Source: a virus (lineage: Duplodnaviria; Caudoviricetes). From it: 64,000 nt of DNA. The first letter of the stretch is position 1. Each line of letters opens with the position of its first letter. The notes under the pieces are model-generated. The model made no database searches. It worked only from the letters and a program-made list of their open reading frames with translations, and had not been told where the DNA came from. The DNA is taken from the IMG/VR virus record IMGVR_UViG_3300037424_000434, positions 128,001 to 192,000 of that record; one strand, 5' to 3'. This document shows positions 39,290-48,910 of the stretch, one piece after another. Made by a program: the position numbers and the translations under genes.

Positions 39290-42187
39290 ATGTCTAGATT
39301 TTCAGATTCTCCATATTTTTTGTTAAAGGATTTTGTTGGCGAAATAACAGCCACTGAAACCGCAGTACTGTCTGTGGAGCAATATAATCAGTGGCCAGAT
39401 GTGGTATTTACTGATATAATATTTGTTGGGGGAGCACAATACCCCGAGACAAGCAATCAATTTGAAAATACCATAGACAAGTATGTAGATTTTGATATAA
39501 ACACTGACTATGCTCAGAAATTTGAATCAGATGCTGTTGTGTGGAATGCCATTCTTGATCTTAATGCTGTTTCCTATTATTCAGATGACACTCTTCCTTC
39601 TGTTGGTATTCTTAGAGGCGGGGATTCATGGGGATCAATAGTTGTTGATGGTGGGAAGTTTATAGACATATACGCCAAACTAGACAATATTGGGTTTGTT
39701 CCCGTTAGATTAAAACCAGTGGCAGAGATTCCCCGAGAAAAAAAATATTTTCGCTTTGATTTTGTTGAGATTAACACTCTGTTGTATGATGGAACTGTTG
39801 TGGTATATAATTCCGATCTGCCAGCGGACGAACCCTATTTTGATAGTAGTTATGTCAGTATTCAGACTATGGATTATATGTATGATATCACCCCTCCTAG
39901 CTGGCGTGATCTTACTATAGATGATATATTGAACAATGGTACTGAGATGTATTTTAGAAAAGACAGTGCTTTTCATGACTGGCTGAATATCGTATCTAAT
40001 GGATACTATCTAGAAAATTATAACGTGGAAGTTGATTCCAGAAATTATGTCAATACGGACAAAAGTTTTATATATTTTGGTGATATATACCCAACAGCAA
40101 AAGATTCTATAGGTGATCCTAATAGATATCACATAGTATTTAATGGCATGAAGGACTGGGTTCAGTCAGCACTTCCTTCTAACAACAGAACAGATAATCT
40201 AGTTGAATTTCTGGATACCCATTTCGACCAAGTATACTCAGAGGGATATCAGTTGCTTAAAGATGTTTGGTCCCTGAGAGATGGCAGAGAATGCAATAAC
40301 AAGTTCCTTGGGTATATACCAACCTTTTATGGAATAGAAAAGGACGATGATATTCCCTCATGGTTCAGTGATAGATATAGAGAATATGCATCAGAGCTTG
40401 TGTGGTTGATGAAACGCAAAGGAACATACGCCGCAATGTACATTATATATGAATTGATGTGTGGCAATTCACCAAACATATTTAATGTGTTGGAGAGGTG
40501 GCACAGTGATCCTCATGTAGACCCAACTGAATACGAAGACCACATATACACCGAACTGTATGGAAAAGAGAATCCAGATGGTTCGTTGGGGGCAGGGGAT
40601 TTTTGGTATGCAAAGTTTAATACTGTAGCATACCCCCAAGGATATTTGGCTTCTGATAACAAGATATTATCTCCGTATTACCGAGTGGATCTTGACCTAA
40701 GCGTCCAGCCAGTAACGACATTTGAGATATTGCCGGAGGATATAGCAAAGGCGTTATACAAGAATTGGGAGCTCCAAAGACCTGTTAACAGACAAGCCGA
40801 GTATAATCTGATATATGCTCCATATTGTGACATATCAGGCAAGTCATATACTTTATATGAAGATGGTTACGCACCCCAAAGCGTAACTTACTCTCCTTCT
40901 AATTTGGTGTTTGATGAGAATAATTATATACACATTCAGAGAGTTCTTACTCCTAACTGGACGGTTGAACATGGATTGAACACCACCGAGGTTATTGTTA
41001 CTGTTTATGATTCAAATCTAGAGGAAGTAGCTCCAACAACCACGAAAATAGTATCGGATAATGTAGTATCTTTGACCTTTGGTGTTAGTGTTATTGGTAT
41101 AGTTGTGGTATCTAGAGCCATTAATACACATTCGCCTTTTGATGCTATTGCGTGGAAGATCCATCATGGCTTGGCTAGAAACGAATCCGTTCACCAAGTA
41201 ATAGATTCTTCAAACATGGTATATCAGCCAACAGAATCTTATATAGAGGATTCTAATACATTGGTTATATCTAATGCGGAGTCTGGAAGTGTCACCCATA
41301 TTAAAGCGGGGTTATCGATAGGTGACACCTATGACAGTGATGATGACGGAATAGAAGACAGTGTTTTGACATCTGATGTTTGGATGTTTAATGATGTGTG
41401 GGTGTCGGGTGATACGACAAATAAAGTAACGACATATGTCTATGAAGGGGTTGAGTATATCGCATGGGTGATAAATCACCCATTACCTGTAAACATTTTC
41501 CAAGTTAACTGTTTTAATGCGGCCAACGAGTATGTTATTCCTCGAAATATTTTAGTAGGCGAAAATTCTGATATCGATTTAACACCACAAGTGGTTGTTC
41601 TGTGGGCCGAAAATGTTATAGAAAATGATCCAAGTGATTACTTTGGGTTTGCTGCTATCACAAAAATAGGTAACCTAGGATCTTTTTATGGAGGTGTGCC
41701 TGTTAATTTAGACGGTGATCCATTGCCTGTTGAATGGAGACTCACCATAGAAAATGAGACAGATATATTTACTTTCTTGACAGAGGGAAGTAGTGAGGCT
41801 CTTGCATTGATCGGGGATGGTACGAAAACAATTCATTATCATGATCCATTGAATCCCTCCAACCCGCTGCCTTATGTATATGGTACCACTGATATACAGG
41901 AAACCAGTGGGGGGTGGTATTATTATACATTTACTGTGTCCAATGAAGCAAAAAAACAGTTAAACGAAGAGGGGTATATGATTCGTTCGATCGAGTTGGT
42001 TAATACCATGGTTACACGAATCGATATGCAAAGAATAATGTATAGTAAGATAAGCGGAATATATAAACCATATGGGGTTAATTTTGTGGGACATTATAGA
42101 ATATTTGGCGGCGATTTGGGTGCTGTCTTGTTGGATCATAAATATAACGTACTATTGGATACATTCGGTGAACCGTTGTATGCATAA
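39290..42187 (+). CDS. Baseplate wedge initiator (T4 gp7-like, tentative)
   Basis: 965 aa following gp6; LVWLMKRKGTYAAM...YRVDLDL segment resembles the gp7/tail-P2-I-like region. Confidence 0.5.
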   Translation: MSRFSDSPYFLLKDFVGEITATETAVLSVEQYNQWPDVVFTDIIFVGGAQYPETSNQFENTIDKYVDFDINTDYAQKFESDAVVWNAILDLNAVSYYSDDTLPSVGILRGGDSWGSIVVDGGKFIDIYAKLDNIGFVPVRLKPVAEIPREKKYFRFDFVEINTLLYDGTVVVYNSDLPADEPYFDSSYVSIQTMDYMYDITPPSWRDLTIDDILNNGTEMYFRKDSAFHDWLNIVSNGYYLENYNVEVDSRNYVNTDKSFIYFGDIYPTAKDSIGDPNRYHIVFNGMKDWVQSALPSNNRTDNLVEFLDTHFDQVYSEGYQLLKDVWSLRDGRECNNKFLGYIPTFYGIEKDDDIPSWFSDRYREYASELVWLMKRKGTYAAMYIIYELMCGNSPNIFNVLERWHSDPHVDPTEYEDHIYTELYGKENPDGSLGAGDFWYAKFNTVAYPQGYLASDNKILSPYYRVDLDLSVQPVTTFEILPEDIAKALYKNWELQRPVNRQAEYNLIYAPYCDISGKSYTLYEDGYAPQSVTYSPSNLVFDENNYIHIQRVLTPNWTVEHGLNTTEVIVTVYDSNLEEVAPTTTKIVSDNVVSLTFGVSVIGIVVVSRAINTHSPFDAIAWKIHHGLARNESVHQVIDSSNMVYQPTESYIEDSNTLVISNAESGSVTHIKAGLSIGDTYDSDDDGIEDSVLTSDVWMFNDVWVSGDTTNKVTTYVYEGVEYIAWVINHPLPVNIFQVNCFNAANEYVIPRNILVGENSDIDLTPQVVVLWAENVIENDPSDYFGFAAITKIGNLGSFYGGVPVNLDGDPLPVEWRLTIENETDIFTFLTEGSSEALALIGDGTKTIHYHDPLNPSNPLPYVYGTTDIQETSGGWYYYTFTVSNEAKKQLNEEGYMIRSIELVNTMVTRIDMQRIMYSKISGIYKPYGVNFVGHYRIFGGDLGAVLLDHKYNVLLDTFGEPLYA

Positions 42188-42189
42188 TT

Positions 42190-42197
42190 GATAAATA
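42190..42197 (+). promoter_or_regulatory. Late promoter variant GATAAATA
   Basis: Intergenic, 18 nt upstream of the 42216 start. Confidence 0.55.
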
Positions 42198-42215
42198 TAG
42201 TAAAGGAGTAACCAA

Positions 42216-43880
42216 ATGTCAAGATTTTTTGAATATGACGCACCCAGCCTCATTGATGGGACAGAAAAAGTAGTTATATACCAAAATGGTGCCACGAAAA
42301 GTGCCACCATTAGCAGCATTGTATCGCCCAATACGCTCGTGGGGTTATCTGATACTGTTATAGCATATAAACAGTGGTTGGATGTTACCGATTCAGCATC
42401 TTTTTGGCCTGATATAGTTTTCGGCTCTTGGACGGGTTCCGCATACAGAACAGATTTGGGTGATTTGAAACTACGTAATCTTGCTTTACCATGGGCAGCG
42501 GGATTCCGGCCTACTCATTTTAGGGTGCATTTTGAAGTTGACGTCCCTACCACTACAGTGTCCCTTGTTATCAAGGATACTGCCAATCATGCCATGTTTA
42601 ATACTGACATTTATAATGCAGTGTCTGGTCAGGTATATGAGCTAAATACCAGTTATTATTTGGATATATTTGAGTTCTATGCTTACGGTAGTGCAGGTAC
42701 TGATCTTACCGTTACAAAAATTGAATTTTTGTATGGTGCCGAGGTGTCAGACGGTCAGTATTTTGGTGAAGTTCATTGGCTTGATACCAGTATGGTATTT
42801 AATGGGACCGCTTACGACGTAACAGGCACCGATCCGTATATCACTGTTAGAACTATCGGCGATGAGCTTACAAATTGGGCAACGGGGTACAGGCCTCCAA
42901 AAGTGAAGGTGACCTTCACAACAGCTCAACCTTCTGTATCCCTTGTTTTGACTACCGATAACGAGGGTACCATTCTCAATCAAGCGAATGCGGTCAGTGG
43001 ACAGGAATACTTGCTTGATTGGTCTTCTGGTGATAATTTATATTACATCGATTTTTTGGGTCTCGTTGCTACTGATAGTGTAGAAGCCATTGAGTTTATT
43101 GGCCCTTCGACGGCTGATGTTGAGCAATATGGGCTAATCTCGTTTGATTACGGAACAGGGCTATGGAGGGGAACGACAGATGGGATTAAAAAGCTAAAAA
43201 TTGATTCTGATGCTATGGTTTACGAACCCCAATTATCTATTCGTGGCAGTTTGGAACAAAGTGTTCCTGTAATCAGGATGAAAGAGCCATTTACAATAAG
43301 TGAAGGGGTTATCGGGGTTGATGATGTTGTATGGGAGATTGATAATAGGGGGAGACAAACCATTACAAATCGTTCTAGCTGGGGACCAACACTTACGATT
43401 AATGATTACAATCCAAATGGAAACACTGTATTTGAAATTAATAGAAGGGAACCTGCTGCGCTTACTGGTGACTTTATAACTTTTATCCAATATACAACAC
43501 CATCATCCGCCGTTGAAAAGTTTAAGGTGACTAGTGAAGGTATAGTACGGGCTAATGGATATCGGTATATGAGTGCAGTAACGGTAAATCTTGGTACAGT
43601 CACAGGCTCTTTCAGTGTTGATATGGATTTACAGAATGAGCGGTATTTCAAAGTTCAGACAGGAGTTTCAGGTACTATTACCATTCTAAACCCCCCACAG
43701 GACGCAATGGCTTTGGTGTTGGATGTTACGACAACCGCTGACGTAACATTAACCATAACCAATTCATTGCCTGTAACCGTTGATTTACTGTCAGGTAAGA
43801 AGTATAGACTAATTATCACAATGTATGATGATGGTTCTTATCCATCATATTGGGTTAAATCTGCGGAGATAGGGGTTTGA
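42216..43880 (+). CDS. Putative virion structural protein
   Basis: 554 aa, beta-rich composition, two related internal segments (WAAGFRP / WATGYRP), preceded by a late promoter. Confidence 0.55.
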   Translation: MSRFFEYDAPSLIDGTEKVVIYQNGATKSATISSIVSPNTLVGLSDTVIAYKQWLDVTDSASFWPDIVFGSWTGSAYRTDLGDLKLRNLALPWAAGFRPTHFRVHFEVDVPTTTVSLVIKDTANHAMFNTDIYNAVSGQVYELNTSYYLDIFEFYAYGSAGTDLTVTKIEFLYGAEVSDGQYFGEVHWLDTSMVFNGTAYDVTGTDPYITVRTIGDELTNWATGYRPPKVKVTFTTAQPSVSLVLTTDNEGTILNQANAVSGQEYLLDWSSGDNLYYIDFLGLVATDSVEAIEFIGPSTADVEQYGLISFDYGTGLWRGTTDGIKKLKIDSDAMVYEPQLSIRGSLEQSVPVIRMKEPFTISEGVIGVDDVVWEIDNRGRQTITNRSSWGPTLTINDYNPNGNTVFEINRREPAALTGDFITFIQYTTPSSAVEKFKVTSEGIVRANGYRYMSAVTVNLGTVTGSFSVDMDLQNERYFKVQTGVSGTITILNPPQDAMALVLDVTTTADVTLTITNSLPVTVDLLSGKKYRLIITMYDDGSYPSYWVKSAEIGV

Positions 43881-43898
43881 TGTATTACTGTGATAATT

Positions 43899-43906
43899 GA
43901 TAAATA
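43899..43906 (+). promoter_or_regulatory. Late promoter variant GATAAATA
   Basis: Intergenic, upstream of 43931. Confidence 0.55.
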
Positions 43907-43930
43907 ATATAGAAGGACAATGGAGTAATT

Positions 43931-45454
43931 ATGGCTAGAAGACATTATTGGCAGTTTCTTGTTACAGATGAAGGTAATCCTATAGAGAATGCCGATATTA
44001 CTATAACCAGTGCAGGCACAGACACCCCGGTTTTCGTGTATACCTCGGAATCCGGTGGTGCTGGTACTGCCACAGCCCCCCAAGTAACGACCAGTAGAAA
44101 GGGATATTTTGAGTTTTGGGTGGGAGATACTACCGAAGGCATTGGGTATCCGTATACCACAAAATTCAAAATAGCGTGGTATTCTGCCGGTGTTAGTGCT
44201 GGATATATAGATTATGTTGATGTGTTTTCCACTTCTGTAGCAGAAGTTGATTTGGCCAGTGTAGATACTGGTAGAAATAAAGCGGTCTCGAATTTCTTGG
44301 CTAAGGGCTGGGAAGATCATTCGAATTCGGTGCTTTATACAAACGGGGTTACTACAATTCATGGCATGTTGGCGATGAATTTAAGTGATAACACTAACAT
44401 CGATTACAACAGACTTATAAGCAATGAGTATGCATATAAATGGGATACTCACGCCGATGCTGTTATGGCGGATTCCCCTCATGGGATAAGTGGTGTTGAT
44501 GAAACCATTACGGAGGCAACAAAAAACAAAACAGTAAGCAATACCCTCGCATATGGGTGGGAACAACACCGAACAAACACGGCCCTTGACGAACATGCCC
44601 AATATTCTCTTGTTGACGGGACACGAAAATATACTGCTGGGGTTGGATACGCCAATGGGTCGATAGTTTCAGGTGTTGGTGTTGATGATTTCGTTACCAA
44701 AGCGTATGTAACAGCCATATCCAACCCGTTTGACCAAGATTTGAATACAACGGATTTTGTGACATTTGCTGGAGTTACTGTTGCAGGAACTATTCTGGGT
44801 AACGGTAGTCTACTGACAAATATAACATTTGACCAATTATTTGATGCCAATATAGTCACACCCTCAGACGGAGATATCTTAGAATATCAATCCGGGTATT
44901 GGGTGAACACACAACCAACACTAAGTTCACTGACAGATACAACAATATCAGCTCCCGCTGACTATCAAGTTCTTAGTTATTCAAGTGGCTCATGGGTGAA
45001 TGGATCAAAGATTAATCAAAATCTAATGACAACCAACTCCCCCGTATTTGCGAACTTGACTATTACTAATACACTTACAGCATCAGTATTTAGTGCTTCG
45101 ACCAGTATAGGCACCGTGAATTTGGTGGTATCCGGTGATATTACCGCACCAACATTGCCGTTGAAATATAAAACACTGGAAATCGGGGATTGGAATATGG
45201 ATGTAACAGCTAATGTGTCGGTTTTACATGGATTAACTCTTGCTAACATTAGAACTGTGGAGGGTGTTATAAGGAATGATACCGCTGTCGGAACATATGT
45301 CATTGGAGGGAGCGATACAACAAACCACTCTTGGGTTGCTGTGATGGATGGGACTAGTGTGTACTTGACGAGACTGGCCGGTGGTGGTTTCGATAATGGT
45401 GACTTTGATTCTGTTGGATACAATCGTGGTTGGATTACTATTGGATACGTATAA
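43931..45454 (+). CDS. Putative tail/fibre-associated structural protein
   Basis: Internal repeats (NKxVSNxLAxGWExH); DEHAQYSLVDGTR motif shared with 46502..48898. Confidence 0.55.
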   Translation: MARRHYWQFLVTDEGNPIENADITITSAGTDTPVFVYTSESGGAGTATAPQVTTSRKGYFEFWVGDTTEGIGYPYTTKFKIAWYSAGVSAGYIDYVDVFSTSVAEVDLASVDTGRNKAVSNFLAKGWEDHSNSVLYTNGVTTIHGMLAMNLSDNTNIDYNRLISNEYAYKWDTHADAVMADSPHGISGVDETITEATKNKTVSNTLAYGWEQHRTNTALDEHAQYSLVDGTRKYTAGVGYANGSIVSGVGVDDFVTKAYVTAISNPFDQDLNTTDFVTFAGVTVAGTILGNGSLLTNITFDQLFDANIVTPSDGDILEYQSGYWVNTQPTLSSLTDTTISAPADYQVLSYSSGSWVNGSKINQNLMTTNSPVFANLTITNTLTASVFSASTSIGTVNLVVSGDITAPTLPLKYKTLEIGDWNMDVTANVSVLHGLTLANIRTVEGVIRNDTAVGTYVIGGSDTTNHSWVAVMDGTSVYLTRLAGGGFDNGDFDSVGYNRGWITIGYV

Positions 45455-45475
45455 TAATTATATTGGAGTTCGTAA

Positions 45476-45847
45476 ATGAGACTGTATAGGTATTTGGCAT
45501 TATCAAGCACGGATGAAGGGGTAAGCACCTTTCGTGCCTTGAAATTGGATTTGGTTGAGGAAGAAACTGGCAACACTGCTTTGGTCAAAAGAATGAGCGA
45601 AGACTTTGCATTAGATGACACCGCTATACAGTTATTAGAGAGAGCCAATGCAGAGCTAAAAAAGATGTATAGAGGTAAGTTGAAGTTTGATTTCTGCACA
45701 GAAAACCAAGGGTTTACTCCCGATGAAGTTAGGATTGAAATAAAAAAAGTTCGTCAGTTGAAAGAAAAGTGGTTCAAATTTAATGATGAGCTTTCGAGTA
45801 TTCAAATAGATTTTGAGGACAAGCTCAAACAAGGTTTACAAAAGTAA
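45476..45847 (+). CDS. Hypothetical protein
   Basis: 123-aa ORF with a GGAG RBS; no recognisable motif. Confidence 0.65.
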   Translation: MRLYRYLALSSTDEGVSTFRALKLDLVEEETGNTALVKRMSEDFALDDTAIQLLERANAELKKMYRGKLKFDFCTENQGFTPDEVRIEIKKVRQLKEKWFKFNDELSSIQIDFEDKLKQGLQK

Positions 45848-45901
45848 GTTTTAATGATACTATATATCTCAGATAATACTATATTTGTACGGAGAAGGTA
45901 T

Positions 45902-46486
45902 ATGGGGTCAACAGAAAACAATGAATTGGATATAGAAGAGATTGATATAGAAGAGATTGATATAGAAGAGATTGATATAGAAGAGATTGATATAGAAGAG
46001 ATTGATATAGAAGAGATTGATATAGAAGACGAAGTGGTTATGGACGAGAAGGCGCTGTATTACGTGAGGAACAAAGATCTCATCCCCGAAATGGAAAAGC
46101 TGGCCGCTAAAGGTGTTATGTCTGAAGAACTTGGAAGAATGCTATTATTAATAGCAAAAAATCTTTCCAATAAAGGGAATTTTATAAATTATACATGGAA
46201 AGAAGACATGGTACAAGAAGCCGCGTTGACTTGTTGTAAATATTTAAAAAACTTTGATCTTAAAAAATCAAATAACCCCTTTTCATACATAACAACAATA
46301 TGTACTCATGCTTTTGTTAATTATATCAATAAACAGAGAAAGCACTCAGATATCAAAGATACATGTTTCAATGGAAAAGACCACATGTCAGACAGCGAAT
46401 TTGGATTTACAGTAAAAGCTATAGATTACACTTCAATGGCACCTGTCACTGAAAAGAAAAAGAAAAAGAAGAAAACTGATAGTTAA
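45902..46486 (+). CDS. gp55: Late transcription sigma factor
   Basis: YYVRNKDL...LIAKNLSNKGNFINYTWKEDMVQEA...NFD...NPFSYITTICTHAFVNYINKQRK matches the T4 gp55 pattern. Confidence 0.9.
   Translation: MGSTENNELDIEEIDIEEIDIEEIDIEEIDIEEIDIEEIDIEDEVVMDEKALYYVRNKDLIPEMEKLAAKGVMSEELGRMLLLIAKNLSNKGNFINYTWKEDMVQEAALTCCKYLKNFDLKKSNNPFSYITTICTHAFVNYINKQRKHSDIKDTCFNGKDHMSDSEFGFTVKAIDYTSMAPVTEKKKKKKKTDS
45929..46029 (+). repeat. Perfect in-frame 15-bp tandem repeat (GATATAGAAGAGATT x6 plus partial) encoding DIEEI
   Basis: Six identical copies at 45929-46018 plus GATATAGAAGA. Confidence 0.95.
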
Positions 46487-46501
46487 ATTGGAGGACGATT
46501 A

Positions 46502-48898
46502 ATGGCTGTAAATAGAATATTTGGTGCAATAGCACAATCAGGTGGTACTGTCGGTGCCCTTGATAGTATTAATAGTTCATCAATATCAACTAATGATATG
46601 GCAATAGTAAAGGATAACACCTTAAATGCCATTCATTACTATGTCTACAGTGGTTCATCCACAACAACAGCATCACTGCCAAAGGTGATAGCACCCGTTG
46701 ACGTGGGTGTTGGGTCCGGTAGATGGTTGTTGGTGTCGGAAAGTTATTTCACTGAAAATCTGACGGTTGATACGGGTAAATATATACTGTCTAATGATCT
46801 ATATGGATTTGATGCTGCTTTGAAACTGGGATATACTCCCGGTAACGTGGCGTTGACTATATCAGATACTACAATAGCGGCAAGTCTTCCAATAACAACC
46901 ACTAGTTCTATAACATCAACGTTGCCCACAGGAACAGCTCCGATCACAACGTCAAGTACAACTCTGTGTACTGGGTTAAATGCAGAATTTTTTAATGGTA
47001 TAACATCAACAAATGTGAGTTTGTTGAATGATAACACCAACAAGTACAGCGTTATTCCACGGGTGACAGATAGTGTGTTAATAGTTCCTATTGCGGATGC
47101 AGACTTTACGACAAAAGTATATGTCGATGATCTGGTTTCGGGTGCATTTGATGGAACAATTTATAGTTTATTGGATGGTACCAGACCCTACACAGGGGTA
47201 CCGATCCTCGATGTTGCGCTGGACGCTGTAGCATCTATAACAGATTCTCGTCATTTGTCTACAAAGGGTTATGTTGACTCTGTTGTCATAACTAGCCATA
47301 GTGGATTGACTAATTTATCAGCGGATGATCATGCTCATTATATTTTGGTTGATGGTACCAGACCCTACACAGGGGTACCGATCCTCGATGTAGCATTAAA
47401 CGAAATAACCTCTATTACCGATGTTAGACATCTCGCCTCAAAGGGATATGTCGATGATCTAGTGTCAGGTGTTTCTACTGTTGCTCACTCTTCATTGACA
47501 GGATTGTCTAGTGATGATCACACTCAATATTCCCTTGTCAACGGGACAAGACCCTATCTGGGAGTCGTTGGTGGGGTAGATCCAATATTTGACAGTAACT
47601 TCGTCACCAAATCATATTCCGATTTCTACACAAATAGAGTATTATTATCATCCACAGATGCATTTTATGACTTTCTTCAGGATAAGATAGAAACAAATCC
47701 CGCTGTAGGGGTAACCACTATCTATGATGGCACCAACACTGGCGTTATTGTAGAGAAAACAAGCGAATTAGCTGGTACGGTGGCAGATGTTACTGTAGCC
47801 AATGGCGGAACCACAGCATTGTTTTTTGTGCGAGATAGCAAAGACGTTGGGTATCCAAACACCTTTCTTGATGTGACCAATGGTGGTATATTTGATAATC
47901 TTGGGGTGTCAGGAACAGATCTAACAGAAACTCAATTATACCCTGTTTCTGATACCAACCCCGGCGCTGGGGATGCGGAGGTGCGTATCAGAAATGTCAT
48001 CGGTGATGTCGAGTATATGGAAATTGTTGATGGCGGTGCCGGTCTTATTGCCGCAGATGATTGGTATTCGTTCACTCTGGTGGGGGATTATACAACAATT
48101 TCAACATGGGAAGCGCAGGTGGTGTCTGGTACAATTGTTGCGGTCAGAAGAAATACCACAGGATTCAATGCCGGTGTTGGTGTTGGATACACATATGCCC
48201 TAGATGTTACGTATATAGAGGGTATATCAGGGATATTTGTGTTGAGACCTTATATCGTGGGGACTATTGCTGGGTTTACTGTGCCAACATATGGAGATGG
48301 ATACACTTCTGCTTCCTATAATCTGACAGAGGCGACAAAAGCATCTTATACCATAACAGGGTATGGAACAGCGGGATCTTTGGGTGATTTAGACGTAACG
48401 TTTATCAATCCCGTATCAGAGAAATTAAAATATTCACATTTTAAGTCAACAACAACTCCTGTTGATTTGTATATAAGCGGATACACTGTCACGGCTGGGG
48501 CCAATATTTCGGGTATCTCATTTGATAGTTGGGGTCATATTGTTGAGATAACAGAGGCATCAGCACAACCGGCGTGGGAACTCAAAACAGGAACGGATTT
48601 TGAGATAGAATACAGCAAGAGCTATTTTGTTGACCCAAGTGCTGCGGCAAGGATTATCACCCTTCCCTATACCGTAGTTAGAGCACCTGTGATAGGTGAT
48701 TTCTTTATTATAGACAATCATACCAAAGATGCATCGTTGTATAATTTAACGATACAAGCACATGCCGGTGATGGTGGTTCACTTAATTTGTTGGTGGAGG
48801 GTGTTGCGTCACAGGATGTTGTGATTGACGTTGATGGGGCCAGAGTTATTATGACATACGTGGATGGTACATATGGTTGGAGATATAAAGTAATATAA
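46502..48898 (+). CDS. Putative tail fibre / structural protein
   Basis: Repeated DDHxxY-x-LVDGTRPY-x-G and KxYVD motifs; identical 41-bp duplication at 47174-47214 and 47351-47391. Confidence 0.6.
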   Translation: MAVNRIFGAIAQSGGTVGALDSINSSSISTNDMAIVKDNTLNAIHYYVYSGSSTTTASLPKVIAPVDVGVGSGRWLLVSESYFTENLTVDTGKYILSNDLYGFDAALKLGYTPGNVALTISDTTIAASLPITTTSSITSTLPTGTAPITTSSTTLCTGLNAEFFNGITSTNVSLLNDNTNKYSVIPRVTDSVLIVPIADADFTTKVYVDDLVSGAFDGTIYSLLDGTRPYTGVPILDVALDAVASITDSRHLSTKGYVDSVVITSHSGLTNLSADDHAHYILVDGTRPYTGVPILDVALNEITSITDVRHLASKGYVDDLVSGVSTVAHSSLTGLSSDDHTQYSLVNGTRPYLGVVGGVDPIFDSNFVTKSYSDFYTNRVLLSSTDAFYDFLQDKIETNPAVGVTTIYDGTNTGVIVEKTSELAGTVADVTVANGGTTALFFVRDSKDVGYPNTFLDVTNGGIFDNLGVSGTDLTETQLYPVSDTNPGAGDAEVRIRNVIGDVEYMEIVDGGAGLIAADDWYSFTLVGDYTTISTWEAQVVSGTIVAVRRNTTGFNAGVGVGYTYALDVTYIEGISGIFVLRPYIVGTIAGFTVPTYGDGYTSASYNLTEATKASYTITGYGTAGSLGDLDVTFINPVSEKLKYSHFKSTTTPVDLYISGYTVTAGANISGISFDSWGHIVEITEASAQPAWELKTGTDFEIEYSKSYFVDPSAAARIITLPYTVVRAPVIGDFFIIDNHTKDASLYNLTIQAHAGDGGSLNLLVEGVASQDVVIDVDGARVIMTYVDGTYGWRYKVI

Positions 48899-48910
48899 GG
48901 GAGAACAATA

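Noticed and set aside
45929-46029. Short direct repeats as a possible CRISPR array
   Set aside because: Head-to-tail 15-bp units with no spacers, in frame inside gp55. No cas genes or repeat-spacer arrays were seen anywhere in the window.
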